DNA of 64,000 nucleotides from Desulfatiglandales bacterium (GTDB taxonomy: Bacteria; Desulfobacterota; DSM-4660; Desulfatiglandales; Desulfatiglandaceae): assembly GCA_963666345.1 (NCBI GenBank), contig OY762721.1, forward strand, positions 3,552,001 to 3,616,000, written 5' to 3'. The notes below the pieces were generated by a model. That model saw nothing but the letters and a program-made list of their open reading frames with translations, searched no databases and had not been told where the DNA came from. The translations under genes and the position numbers were made by a program. Each line of letters starts with the position of its first letter. Position 1 is the stretch's first letter. This document shows positions 50,942 to 61,860 of this stretch, one piece after another.

Positions 50942-51952
50942 ATGCCAGAGAAAATGTCTTCAAATAACTGCATTTTGATTTATCTTGAAACTAATAATGG
51001 CGAAATAGAAGAGGATGTTCTTGAGGTTTTGAGTAAAGGGCGTCAGCTTGCCGATAAGTTAAACAAAGACATCTATGCAATTGTATTCAGCCATCAAAAA
51101 ATAGGTAAATTGAGTCTTCTCTTTGAATATGGCGCTGACAATATCTATTCATATAATTGCCAGGAGATTAAGGAAAAGAGCATAGAATGTTATGAAGAGG
51201 CCCTATTTGATGTTGTACAAGATCTGGAGCCTGCAATTATATTGTTTGCAGCATCAATAAGAGGAAATGATTTAGCCTGCAGGCTTGCTGCCAGGTTGAA
51301 ATTACCAATCGAAACTGACTGTATTGACTTGGCAGTTGATGATGAAGGTCATTTGCTGCAGACAAAATTGACCCATGGTGGCAGAGCTTCAACAACAAAA
51401 GTAAGTAAATTGGCTGGAATACAAATATCAACGGTTAAAGCTGGAGCCTTTGACAAAATAAAAGCTAATAAAGTCGCTAATGGAGATCAAATTAAGAAGA
51501 AAATTAAGCTTTCAAAACGAAACTTAAGAATTATTTCAGAAGGTATAACAAAGGAGGACTCAGATAAAATTGGAATTGACGAAGCTGACATTATTGTTTC
51601 AGGTGGAAGGGGAATGGGATCAATTGATAATTTTCAATTGATCAATATGTTGGCTACAAAACTACAAGGGGTGATTGGAGCATCATTGGGTGCGGTAGAT
51701 GAAGAATTTGCTCCGAGAAAAAGATTAGTTGGGCAAACTGGAACAACAGTGGAACCGGATCTTTATGTTGCATGTGGCATATCAGGTTCTATCTATCATA
51801 TACTAGGAATGAAAAATTCAAAAGCTATAATTGCCATAAACAAAGATCCTTCTGCACCAATATTTAAGTGCTGTGACATGGGCTTTGTGGGCGATGCCAT
51901 TGAAATATTACCTGCAATAATTGATAAGCTTGCTAAGTTGAAAACCAAATGA
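50942..51952 (+). CDS. fixB: Electron transfer flavoprotein alpha subunit (FixB)
   Basis: VSGGRG, VGQTG.TV.P.LY.ACGISG..H..GM, AINKDP. Confidence 0.92.
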   Translation: MPEKMSSNNCILIYLETNNGEIEEDVLEVLSKGRQLADKLNKDIYAIVFSHQKIGKLSLLFEYGADNIYSYNCQEIKEKSIECYEEALFDVVQDLEPAIILFAASIRGNDLACRLAARLKLPIETDCIDLAVDDEGHLLQTKLTHGGRASTTKVSKLAGIQISTVKAGAFDKIKANKVANGDQIKKKIKLSKRNLRIISEGITKEDSDKIGIDEADIIVSGGRGMGSIDNFQLINMLATKLQGVIGASLGAVDEEFAPRKRLVGQTGTTVEPDLYVACGISGSIYHILGMKNSKAIIAINKDPSAPIFKCCDMGFVGDAIEILPAIIDKLAKLKTK

Positions 51953-53280
51953 ATTTAAAAGATAACAAAAACTACGAGAAGTTTGATGTAATCATAGTCG
52001 GGGCTGGACCAGGTGGAACGACGTCGGCATTGGCTTTGGCAAAGGCTGGTTTGAAGGTCGCTTTATTTGAACGAGGAGAATTACCAGGTCAAAAAAATGT
52101 TTCTGGAGGAATTTTACACTATTCAGAGCATCTCGACAGACTTATCCCACAGTTTTGGAAAGAGGCTCCAGTTGAACGATACGTTACAAAATATAAGACA
52201 ACTGTTTTATCCTCAAAGACTTCACTGTCGTTTTCATTGAAAAACGATGAATTCGGTAAACCGCCCTATAATGGATATACTGTTTTGAGACCAAAGTTTG
52301 ATAAATGGTTTGCCATGAAAGCTCAAGAGGCTGGAGCCTTACTTATACCTGAGACAACAGTAACTGATTTTATTTTTGATAAAGACAAAAAAATAATTGG
52401 AGTTAAAACAGACAGAGAAGATGGATATTTATACTCTGATCTAGTAATTGTCGCAGATGGGGTTAATTCCTTATTGAGTAAAAAAGCCGGATTGAGATCA
52501 GACTTTATTCCGGAAAAAATATCGGTCGCTGCAAAGGAAGTTTTGGAAATACCCAAAAGTGTTTTAGAAAATAGATTCAATCTAAAAGAAAATGAAGGGT
52601 TGGCCCATTTATTTATGGGTGAAGCCACTCAAGGTGTAGAAGGTGGGGCTTTTTTATATACAAATAAAACAAGTCTTTCAATAGGGGTCGTTGGAAAATT
52701 AACTTCACTTCAGGAATGTAAAATATCAATTGCTGATCTTCTGGAAAAATTTAAAAACCTAAACATGATCAAAGAGTTAATTCAAAATACAACAATTAAA
52801 GGATATTCAGGCCACTTAATTCCTGAAGGTGGAATAGGTATGGTCCCAAAGTTATATGGCAATGGTATCCTTGTCGTAGGTGATGCTGCAGGTCTAGTGT
52901 GCACGACTGGATTAACAATTGAGGGAATGAATTTTGCGATAGGTTCAGGGGCTGTTGCTGCCGATGTCGCAGTATCTTCAAAAAAAGCCAAAGATTTTTC
53001 AGAGCGATTTCTTTCCAAGTATGGAAAACAGCTTAGAGAGTCGTTTGTTCTAAGTGACCTAAAGGCATATAGAAAATTTACAGGAATTCTTGAAAATCCC
53101 AGAATCTATAATGTTTACCCATCTATACTTTGCGAGACAGTCAGTAATTTTTATAAAGTAGATGGTAAGCCTAAAAGAAATATAAGAAGCCTCCTATGGA
53201 AGCAGGTAAAAGATAAAGTATCCTGTCTTACATTTATCAAGGATGCCATACAAATTGCTCGAGCGATATTATGGAAATAG
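51949..53280 (+). CDS. fixC: ETF:quinone oxidoreductase-like flavoprotein FixC
   Basis: GAGPGG, ERG..PG.KN.SGG, ADGVNS, HLIPEGG, VGDAAG. Confidence 0.92.
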   Translation: MNLKDNKNYEKFDVIIVGAGPGGTTSALALAKAGLKVALFERGELPGQKNVSGGILHYSEHLDRLIPQFWKEAPVERYVTKYKTTVLSSKTSLSFSLKNDEFGKPPYNGYTVLRPKFDKWFAMKAQEAGALLIPETTVTDFIFDKDKKIIGVKTDREDGYLYSDLVIVADGVNSLLSKKAGLRSDFIPEKISVAAKEVLEIPKSVLENRFNLKENEGLAHLFMGEATQGVEGGAFLYTNKTSLSIGVVGKLTSLQECKISIADLLEKFKNLNMIKELIQNTTIKGYSGHLIPEGGIGMVPKLYGNGILVVGDAAGLVCTTGLTIEGMNFAIGSGAVAADVAVSSKKAKDFSERFLSKYGKQLRESFVLSDLKAYRKFTGILENPRIYNVYPSILCETVSNFYKVDGKPKRNIRSLLWKQVKDKVSCLTFIKDAIQIARAILWK

Positions 53281-53540
53281 AACAAAAGATAGCAAAAGTT
53301 AGGTTTAATATTGATAGGGAAGCCCATATAAAGATTTCAACAGAACTCTGTAGAAAATGTAGCGAGAAGCCTTGCCTTTATGTTTGTCCTGTACAGAATT
53401 ATACATTGATTGAAAATGATATTGTCTTTGTATGGCAAGGTTGTATGGAATGTGGTGCATGTAGAATAATTTGTCCAAACGATGCCATAAGTTGGAGTTA
53501 CCCGCGAGGGGGGTTTGGTGTGTGCAATCAGAATAGCTAG
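53271..53540 (+). CDS. fixX: Ferredoxin-like FixX
   Basis: C..C..KPC..CP, CMECGACRIICP, WSYPRGGFG. Confidence 0.92.
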   Translation: MEIEQKIAKVRFNIDREAHIKISTELCRKCSEKPCLYVCPVQNYTLIENDIVFVWQGCMECGACRIICPNDAISWSYPRGGFGVCNQNS

Positions 53541-53564
53541 GTATTAAAAAATCGGAAAAGAGAT

Positions 53565-54446
53565 ATGAATATTGTAGTTTGTGTAAAACCCGTTCCAGAT
53601 ATCAGTGTTATTACACCTGATTATTTTGACACCAATCAAGGTGGCTTTGACGATTTATTATATATTATTAATTCAGCTGATATGGTTGCTGTTGAGGAAG
53701 CTCTCAAAATAAAGGAAGAAAAACAAGATTGTTCAATACTGATCGTATCAATGACTTCAAATGAAAATATAGGCCTTTTACGAAAATGTCTGGCTATTGG
53801 TGCTGATGAAGGAATAATAATTGTTGATGATGAAATAGGCACTTTCAATAGCTATAGAACTGGAAAAGTATTGGCAGAGAAAATTAAATCAATTGAATAT
53901 GATCTTATCTTATGTGGAAGTAAAGCTGAAGATACACTCGCTGGCTGTGTTCCCTATATTATTTCGAGTGAACTTGAATTGCCAATTGTATCAGGGGTAA
54001 CTGAACTAAAGATAAAAAAGAAGAAAACGCAAATTTATCTGAAGAAAAAACTTGAACGTGGTTATCGTGAACAGATGAAAATAGATATCCCATGCGTTAT
54101 ATCGGTTGATAAAACATTGGGTGAACCACGATATGCTTCATTACCTCTGTTGATAGAAGCTCTTAGAAAAGAGATAAAAGAAGTAAGCATTGAAGAAATA
54201 ATGAAATCTACCAGTCAAGGTGAAGTTGCAAAAAATTGGTCAAAGGTGATTCAAACTGAGGCACCTAGGCCAAGACCTAAAAAACTATTTACACCAGATA
54301 GCAATCTAAGTGCAGTAGAAAGGATGCAACTAATTATGAACGGAGGTGTAGAGAAAAAGAGTCAGGAGGTTTACACCGGAAATGCTGATGAATTAAGTGA
54401 CAAATTTTTAAAATATTTGAATCAAATTAAAATTGGGAGGTCATAA
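53565..54446 (+). CDS. fixA: Electron transfer flavoprotein beta subunit (FixA)
   Basis: MNIVVCVKPVPD, AVEEAL, DLILCG, EPRYASL. Confidence 0.9.
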   Translation: MNIVVCVKPVPDISVITPDYFDTNQGGFDDLLYIINSADMVAVEEALKIKEEKQDCSILIVSMTSNENIGLLRKCLAIGADEGIIIVDDEIGTFNSYRTGKVLAEKIKSIEYDLILCGSKAEDTLAGCVPYIISSELELPIVSGVTELKIKKKKTQIYLKKKLERGYREQMKIDIPCVISVDKTLGEPRYASLPLLIEALRKEIKEVSIEEIMKSTSQGEVAKNWSKVIQTEAPRPRPKKLFTPDSNLSAVERMQLIMNGGVEKKSQEVYTGNADELSDKFLKYLNQIKIGRS

Positions 54447-54447
54447 A

Positions 54448-54852
54448 ATGAAGGAATTCAATCTATCAGTAGCAAATCAGATGGCAGATGCTGCACTTAA
54501 AAAAGCAGAAGAAATTAAAAAACCAATTTCAGTAGGAATTGTAGATTCTGGTGGCCATTTGATTTGTTTCAAACGATCAGATGATGGAAAAATTGGTAAT
54601 ATAAGTATAGCTATTGATAAAGCCTGGACTGCTGTTGCTTTTAAAGGTGACACCGAAGTCTACCAAAAAAGAACGCGGTATTCCGAGCCAGCTTTTCCCC
54701 TTTGTTTTACAAATGGCTGTAGACCTGTATTTATTAGAGGGGGATTTATTATCAAAGTTAACGATAATATTGTTGGCGGTATTGGTGTGAGTGGCGGAAC
54801 AGGTGAAGAAGATGTTGCCTGCGGAAAAGCAGGTTTAGAAATATTAAAATAG
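54448..54852 (+). CDS. GlcG/HbpS family heme-binding protein
   Basis: IVDSGG, IAIDKAWTA, GGIGVSGG..D. Confidence 0.88.
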   Translation: MKEFNLSVANQMADAALKKAEEIKKPISVGIVDSGGHLICFKRSDDGKIGNISIAIDKAWTAVAFKGDTEVYQKRTRYSEPAFPLCFTNGCRPVFIRGGFIIKVNDNIVGGIGVSGGTGEEDVACGKAGLEILK

Positions 54853-54979
54853 ATACCTGGACATTAATGAATACAAAAAGGGAAGAAAAAAAATTAATAA
54901 AAATGCTATTAACAAACTTTTAAATAATATTTTGTATTGGTAAATGACAAAGTAAACCACAAAATTACGAGGAAATAGT

Positions 54980-55939
54980 ATGGATGCTAAGGAAATAATG
55001 AAGCAGTACGGTGATTCTAAAATGGTTGAGGTTATCCGCTATAACGATGATGTATATTGTGATTTAACCTCATTACCTAAGTGGGATATTCCCAAGAAAA
55101 TTCATTTGGGCGTGGCTATCACCGGATCATTTATTGATAAAAGGCAGAACCCAAACCAGCCTATAACTACTGATGAAATACTTAAGGAAGTCTTCGATTG
55201 TATTGAGGCCGGGGCCAAATGGGTTCATTTCCATGTAAGAGATGAATATGGCCGTAATATTGGAGATATTGAAGAATACAAGAAAATTGTTTATCCGATA
55301 AGGGAAAAATATGGGGATGAGGTTTTCATCGATGGATGCCCGCTTTTCGGAAAGGATTTTGAAGAAGCTTGTGGGCCAGTTACGGAGGATTTATTTGAAA
55401 TTGGTATCGTAAATCCTGTTTGCACTTTTGTCGGAGATAATGTGAGGTATACTCCTCCGCCAGTTATCAAGGCGCAATGCGAATACTTCCAGGCTCTTGG
55501 GAAAAAGGTCAAGGTCTCTGTTCACGATACTGCCAGCATAGATAATATCAATAGGTTTCTGATAAGGCCAGGTATCTTAAAAAAGCCTTATTACTTTGGA
55601 ATAGTTTCTGATTTACCGGGAATGTTTTACATGCCTAATCCAAGAGCAATGGTGGAAGGAATAACCCTTTTAGTCAATCGACTTAAGGAACTAGACCCAG
55701 ACTGCGAAATATCGATTGCCGCTGCAGGGCGAGCATCAGTATATTTAAGCGCATTGGCGATATTGATGGGATTACATATAAGGGTTGGGACTGAAGATAC
55801 GATCTGGCGTTATCCCCATCGTGATGAAAAACTAGAAAGCAATTTGCAATCTTTTCAAACGGCAAAGGCATTATGTGAACTTCTTGGCCGTGAAATTGCA
55901 ACCGCTGATGAACATAGAAGAGATATTGGGCTCAAATAG
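54980..55939 (+). CDS. Beta-keto acid cleavage enzyme (BKACE/Kce, DUF849)
   Basis: VAITG..NPNQP, AGA..VHFHVRD, HIRVGTED. Confidence 0.9.
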   Translation: MDAKEIMKQYGDSKMVEVIRYNDDVYCDLTSLPKWDIPKKIHLGVAITGSFIDKRQNPNQPITTDEILKEVFDCIEAGAKWVHFHVRDEYGRNIGDIEEYKKIVYPIREKYGDEVFIDGCPLFGKDFEEACGPVTEDLFEIGIVNPVCTFVGDNVRYTPPPVIKAQCEYFQALGKKVKVSVHDTASIDNINRFLIRPGILKKPYYFGIVSDLPGMFYMPNPRAMVEGITLLVNRLKELDPDCEISIAAAGRASVYLSALAILMGLHIRVGTEDTIWRYPHRDEKLESNLQSFQTAKALCELLGREIATADEHRRDIGLK

Positions 55940-55976
55940 GCTAAATGTGGTTAATTAAAAATATCGGAGGTGTGGA

Positions 55977-57632
55977 ATGGGCACGCGACTTGTAGTTCAC
56001 AAAGGAGGAATTGAAGAACCTAAGTGCAAACAGGCCTGTCCTCTTGGGGTTGAAGTCCCGCTCTATATTCGGTTGATAAGGGAAGGTAACTACCGTGAAG
56101 CGGCAGAAGTGATAAGACGTAATGCTCCTCTGGCTGGGGTTTTGGCCTATGTGTGCCCAAGATATTGTGAAGGAGAATGCAGACGTGCTGAAATTGATGA
56201 GGCTATTGCAATTAATGCCCTGAAGCGGTTCGTCCTAGATAGATGGGTGGAAAGGCCGGAGTCAATGAATAAAAAAGTGAGCAATAAAAAAGTGGCTATT
56301 ATTGGCTCAGGCCCATCAGGATTAAGCGCTGCATATTATTTGAGAAACAGCTATGGCATTGATACTACTGTCTTTGACAAATTGCCGGATGCAGGTGGAA
56401 TGATGAGGTTCGGAATACCCAAATATAGGTTACCGAGGAAGGTCTTGGACCGTGAAATTGAGATGATCAAGGAATGTGGAGTTAAGTTTGAGCAAAATGT
56501 ATCAATAAAGTCGACTGAAGACCTTTTTGCGACAGGATTTAATGCGATATTTATCAGCGTAGGAGCATGGAAAACCAAGAGATTGATGATTGATGGTGAA
56601 AAATCTGATGGAACAATCGACGGTCTATCCTTTCTTAAGGATGTTAATTCAGAAAAGTTTATTGAGGTAAAAAAGAATGTTGCAATTATTGGAGGTGGAA
56701 ATGTTGCAATTGATGCTGCAAGGGTAGCACGAAGATTAGGGGCTGAAAATGTTTGCATCTTTTATCGCAGAAGTAGAGAAGAGATGCCATCAAGGTCTGA
56801 AGAAATTGAGCAGGCGCTAGAAGAAGATATAAAGATATATTATCTAGTCGCGCCATTGAAGATAGAACAAAAAGAGAAAGGTTTGTCACTTACATTTATA
56901 AATATTAAATTAGCTGGGCTTGATGAAACTGGAAGAAGGGAACCAATTCAGATCGCAGGATCAGAGTTTGACATGTATTTTGACACAGTCATTACGGCTA
57001 TAGGTGAAAATCCGGAAATTCCTGAAGACTTCAAAATTGATATAACAAGTGACTGCAAAATAAAGATAGATAAGGAAACATTATTAACAAATCGTGATGG
57101 AATATTTGCTGGTGGAGATTGTGTTACTGGCCCTGCAACAGTTGTTAAAGCTATAGCAGCTGGTAAAAAGGCGGCAATAAATATTGTAAAATATTTGGGC
57201 ACAAAAAGACATGACATATTTGATAAAAATGAAGAGGCTAGCCAGGATACTGCTCCCTGGGATGAAAGCATTTTAGATATTCCAAGACAGCGAATGAGAT
57301 TATCACCGAAACTTAATCGGGTAAGAAACTTTGAAGTGGTTGAGCTTGGATTCACAGAAGGAACGGCAAAAAATGAAGCTAAAAGATGCCTTCTTTGTGA
57401 CTTGGCTCTGGCAATAAATATAGATACAACGAAGTGTGTAGAATGTTACTCTTGCCAAATGACATGTTCCTTTGCATATACCCAGAAATGCAATCCAGAA
57501 AGAAGTCGAATTGTTTTTGATAATGAAAACAATATCCATTTCAATAGTGAATGTGTGGGGGGTTGCCTTCTCTGTGTTAATAATTGTCTTTCGGATGCTC
57601 TTTCATACGAAAATGTCAAAATAATGGGCTGA
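55977..57632 (+). CDS. GltD/NfnB-like FAD/NAD(P) Fe-S oxidoreductase with C-terminal ferredoxin domain
   Basis: C..ACP, VCP..CE..C, GSGPSG, GGGNVA.D.AR, FAGGD, EAKRCL.C, CVECYSCQMTC. Confidence 0.88.
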   Translation: MGTRLVVHKGGIEEPKCKQACPLGVEVPLYIRLIREGNYREAAEVIRRNAPLAGVLAYVCPRYCEGECRRAEIDEAIAINALKRFVLDRWVERPESMNKKVSNKKVAIIGSGPSGLSAAYYLRNSYGIDTTVFDKLPDAGGMMRFGIPKYRLPRKVLDREIEMIKECGVKFEQNVSIKSTEDLFATGFNAIFISVGAWKTKRLMIDGEKSDGTIDGLSFLKDVNSEKFIEVKKNVAIIGGGNVAIDAARVARRLGAENVCIFYRRSREEMPSRSEEIEQALEEDIKIYYLVAPLKIEQKEKGLSLTFINIKLAGLDETGRREPIQIAGSEFDMYFDTVITAIGENPEIPEDFKIDITSDCKIKIDKETLLTNRDGIFAGGDCVTGPATVVKAIAAGKKAAINIVKYLGTKRHDIFDKNEEASQDTAPWDESILDIPRQRMRLSPKLNRVRNFEVVELGFTEGTAKNEAKRCLLCDLALAINIDTTKCVECYSCQMTCSFAYTQKCNPERSRIVFDNENNIHFNSECVGGCLLCVNNCLSDALSYENVKIMG

Positions 57633-58666
57633 TTTACATTTTAGAAAAAATATAAGTGGTTGAAACAAGACGTCAGTCATATAAATTTGAAGCTGGTTCA
57701 AAAGGGGAAAGCGGACAAGGGAATAGCCAAAGGAAGAATGGTAATTTTAATAAAATAACATTAATAAACCAATTACCAATTTATATGACCGCAGATATCA
57801 ATAAATAGAGAGGTATGTATTTGGTAGATAATAGAGCTAACCTCATTGAAAAGAAGCGTTAAAAACGATTTAAAAGTCTGATGGAGATCATCCTGATGGA
57901 TGACTAAATATAATAAAATGAAGGACTAAATTGGAAACAAATACAAATCATAGAAGTGTTTAAAGGTTACTTGCTAGGTAGAAAGATCAGTGATTTAAAA
58001 TAGAGCGATAATATATCAACTAAACCACTTTCGCAAAATCGATTGTCTCAAAACATATTTGAGATGCTGCCACGGTAGTGATGTTTTTTCGTTAACTCAA
58101 TTTGCTGATTGGCTTTTTGAGAGAAAGATATCAACTTCAATTCACAAAAAACATACGTGCTTTTACTTACAATGGTATCAAAGTAGCTATTAGATTATAT
58201 TGCTTTAACAGTAAAATATAATGGAACATGGGATCAAAAGGGAATAATGATTCCGTTGGAAATTTATATATTTTTATAAGCGCGTAGATTCAAACAAAAG
58301 CCTTTTTTAAAAAAACAATGATAATATGTGGCTTCTTGCAACTAGCCTCAATGTAACCTTGCCTATGGCTAGTTAAAAGGGAAGATTATTCGCTGAGAGC
58401 TGAGGGTTACCTATATATACTGCCAATTGGCTTGCTAGAAGTATATGGGGTAATTTAATGCACTTGCTATTAGAGGAAGTAAAACAACTTGGAAATAAAT
58501 TATCATAAAAAAATGACAAAGTTTTTAAATAAAGAAATTATTGATGCAAATTTAAGACAAAGAAAAAAGGGGTGCAATTGGCTAATGTTCTGTCAAAACC
58601 TTAAAAAAAACAGCCTTTGGATTATACATTAAATTAGGTAACCAACTACTAGTTGAGGGGGCGGGA

Positions 58667-60610
58667 ATGGCACTGGAAAATCGTATTGGAGGATATGCGG
58701 GCTATGTTGTTTATATTGACCTAACAAAGGAAAAAATATGGAGAAAAAAAATTGAAACCGATTTGGCTTATAAATTTATTGGAGGACCAGGCATTGGTCT
58801 GAAGATACTACAGGAAATGCTAAAACCCGGTATCGATCCGCATTCCCCTGATAATGTTATGGTTTTTGGCACCGGTCCTTTGGTAGGCACAACTATTCCT
58901 GGCGGTAGTAAATGTTACCTTGTTACAAAATTTGCAAGCCCTGCAAATCAGGAAAAGACAAAATATTTCATCTCATCATCAATGTTTGGAAGTAATCGGT
59001 TTGGTGTAATGTTAAAAAATGCCGGATATGACCACCTTGTCGTAAAGGGGAAGGCAAAAAAGCCGAGTTATATAAAGATAACAGATCAGGATGTTGAAAT
59101 TTGCGATGCAACAGACTTATGGGGAAAAGAAATATATGAAGTTGGTAAGATACTGAGAACGAGGCATAGAGGCAATGGACCTTGTGGCACATGGGTTATA
59201 GGAAAAGCTGGAGAAAATATGGTTAGGCCTTCATTAGGCTTTACTGACGATTGGCACAATGCCGGTAGATTTGCTGCGTCTGTGGCCGGTTCAAAAAACC
59301 TAAAGGCAATTGCAACTTTTGGTTCAAAGGGGATATCAATTGCTAATGTTAAAAAGTATAAAGCTTTACTAGAGAAAAAGAAAAAGGAAATCTTAACACA
59401 TCCGAAGTTTGACATATATCGTCCTATGCCTGCCGGAAAACAAGGAGAAATATTGAATGAGACATTAGTTGGTGTGAGGGGGTGCAGTGGTGGAATGAAT
59501 TGTGCGTGCAAGACAATCCATGCACTTAAAAGTGGTAATTATAAAGGGACATGGTTCGGAGGGAGCTTTCGCACAGCAGCTTTCAGAGCCCAATATCGGC
59601 TAAAGCTCGACAATTATCAAGATGGATTCAGATTAATTGAAATAATGAATAAGCACGGGCTATGTAGAATAACTGCAATGAATATGATGTGGTTTCTCGT
59701 TAATCTCACTGAAAGAGGAATTCTAACGCAACATGATACTGACGGGATAAAGCTGAAGACAGGAGATATTGAGACTTATTTGACCTTAGTTGATAAGATG
59801 ATAAATCGCGAAGGAATTGGAGAAAATATGGCGGAAGGCTGGCATTCACTTTGTAACAGAGTCGGAATAAATGCAGCTGAAGACTGGGAGGCAGGTTATC
59901 CCATTACAAAAGGTGTAGATGTAATTGTTGATAGTAGAGCATGGCCCTCACTCGCTGTTCCTTCCACTGGATTTTGTCCTGCTATGGGGCTTGCGGCAGT
60001 TTTTAATGCAAAAACTAAACACTCCCATTCCCATACCTATTGGCCAAAGGAAGAACTTTCCTTAGACGATATAAAAGCTGATGTGGAAAGAATGGGAGTG
60101 AACAAGGAGGAACTTGAAGGTATATTTACTGAAGACAATTTTAATTCCGGCAAGTTGGAAGTTTATGATGGTGATGCAGAGTTTGCATATAATGCTTTAG
60201 GTATATGTGACACTTCCTTTCATCATTTATATGATCCAATGAGGGATATGGGATGGTTATCCGAAATGTATGGAGCAGTAACAGGGATGAAAATTGAACC
60301 AAGGGAACTACTTCGTGCTGGGGAGAGAAATTGGAATTTGGAAAAAATGCTGAATATTCAGGAAGGTTTCTGTCGTGAAGATGATGTTATTCCCTACCAT
60401 TATATGGAAAACACAAAAACTCCGCTACAAGCTGTCGAAGGCAATAGATATCTTTGTGATTGGACTGGAAAGCGATTAACAGAAGATGACCTGAACAAAA
60501 TGGTTATGGATTACTACGATGAACGTGGCTGGAATGCAGAGACTGGGTTTCCCAAAGAAAGCAAGTTAAGTGAGCTAGGATTGAATCATCTATTTGATGT
60601 AAAGTTGTGA
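58667..60610 (+). CDS. Aldehyde:ferredoxin oxidoreductase family (W/Mo-pterin)
   Basis: GYAG..IDLT, FIGG.G, LKNAGYD, GSKNLKA, YY..RGW..G.P. Confidence 0.9.
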   Translation: MALENRIGGYAGYVVYIDLTKEKIWRKKIETDLAYKFIGGPGIGLKILQEMLKPGIDPHSPDNVMVFGTGPLVGTTIPGGSKCYLVTKFASPANQEKTKYFISSSMFGSNRFGVMLKNAGYDHLVVKGKAKKPSYIKITDQDVEICDATDLWGKEIYEVGKILRTRHRGNGPCGTWVIGKAGENMVRPSLGFTDDWHNAGRFAASVAGSKNLKAIATFGSKGISIANVKKYKALLEKKKKEILTHPKFDIYRPMPAGKQGEILNETLVGVRGCSGGMNCACKTIHALKSGNYKGTWFGGSFRTAAFRAQYRLKLDNYQDGFRLIEIMNKHGLCRITAMNMMWFLVNLTERGILTQHDTDGIKLKTGDIETYLTLVDKMINREGIGENMAEGWHSLCNRVGINAAEDWEAGYPITKGVDVIVDSRAWPSLAVPSTGFCPAMGLAAVFNAKTKHSHSHTYWPKEELSLDDIKADVERMGVNKEELEGIFTEDNFNSGKLEVYDGDAEFAYNALGICDTSFHHLYDPMRDMGWLSEMYGAVTGMKIEPRELLRAGERNWNLEKMLNIQEGFCREDDVIPYHYMENTKTPLQAVEGNRYLCDWTGKRLTEDDLNKMVMDYYDERGWNAETGFPKESKLSELGLNHLFDVKL

Positions 60611-60733
60611 AAAATAGTAAAACAAAATTAAAAATAGAAACAAACTAGCATGGAAATGAAAGGGGGTGAAAAGGTTATAAAGATAAAAAGCTAAGGTGAA
60701 TTATAGCGATTAAAAAAACACAATAGGAGGGAT

Positions 60734-61789
60734 ATGATGAGGAAAAAAGTGCTGTTTATTTTTGGGATAATGATAGGCTTTGTTATTTTGTTTACATCAC
60801 CCTCAATTGCTAAGTCTGAAAAGCCAATTGTCTGGAAATTTGCAAATTATGGATCAGCAACCAGTCCATGGAATATGCTTCCCGCTTGGTTTTTTCGAGA
60901 ATTAGAAGAACGGTCTGGTGGCAGAATAAAGGCAAAACTGTATCTCGCATCGTCTCTTGTACCGATGAAACAGGCGCCAGAGGCTCTTAAGGCAGGTGTT
61001 TGTGAGAGCACGGTTTTTGTTCCTCCCTACTACCACAGCAAAATACCATTATGTGGATTTCTCTCATACCCCTTTGTTATGCCGGGAAGTGGATCTAAGG
61101 AAGGAATAAGAGATACTTTTCTTATTGCCGATAAATATTTTTCTCATCCAAACATTACAAAGGAACTAGAAAAATGGGATGCTATGTATATTGTACCACA
61201 CGGATTTACCCAATATGAACTAATTGGAAATAAAGTAGTGAAAAATCTGAATGATCTTAAAGGCATGAGAATAAGGGTCACCGGTCCCCATGTAGAAGTT
61301 ATGAAAAGATTTAATGCGGTGCCAGTCTGGGTATCAACATCAGAGGCCTTCGAAGCACTTCAGAAAGGTACACTTGATGGCTTCTTGCATAGTGTATATT
61401 TCTTTCATAGATATAAAATATTTGAAGCCTGCAAATACTTCATTGATGATATGCAAATGGGCACTACAATGGATCCAATGGTTATAAAGCTGTCTGCTTT
61501 CAATAAATTACCTGAAGATTTACAGAAAATTGTACTTCAATTAAAAAAAGAGGCTCTTACAAAATTTTGGACTACCTATTATGAGGAAGAGGCACTCGGC
61601 AGGCAGGTACTCAACGATAATGAAAAAATAACTGTATTTAAATTTCCTAAAGAAGATAGGGCGAAGCTAAAAGAAGTAGCGAAAGAGGTTGCATGGCCGG
61701 AGTGGATTGAAAAAACCAAAAAACTTGGATTGCCAGCGGAAAAAATGTCTAACTGGATATTAGGTGAAATAGAAAAAAAAGGATGGTAA
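60734..61789 (+). CDS. dctP: TRAP substrate-binding protein
   Basis: Signal peptide, LEERSGGRI, DLKGMRIR, EALQKGTLDG. Confidence 0.92.
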   Translation: MMRKKVLFIFGIMIGFVILFTSPSIAKSEKPIVWKFANYGSATSPWNMLPAWFFRELEERSGGRIKAKLYLASSLVPMKQAPEALKAGVCESTVFVPPYYHSKIPLCGFLSYPFVMPGSGSKEGIRDTFLIADKYFSHPNITKELEKWDAMYIVPHGFTQYELIGNKVVKNLNDLKGMRIRVTGPHVEVMKRFNAVPVWVSTSEAFEALQKGTLDGFLHSVYFFHRYKIFEACKYFIDDMQMGTTMDPMVIKLSAFNKLPEDLQKIVLQLKKEALTKFWTTYYEEEALGRQVLNDNEKITVFKFPKEDRAKLKEVAKEVAWPEWIEKTKKLGLPAEKMSNWILGEIEKKGW

Positions 61790-61860
61790 AAGCCTAAGTT
61801 GGAATGACTCAGTACTTGAAGGTATTTCTGATAATACCTTCAAGTAAAAAGGAGTTTTCA

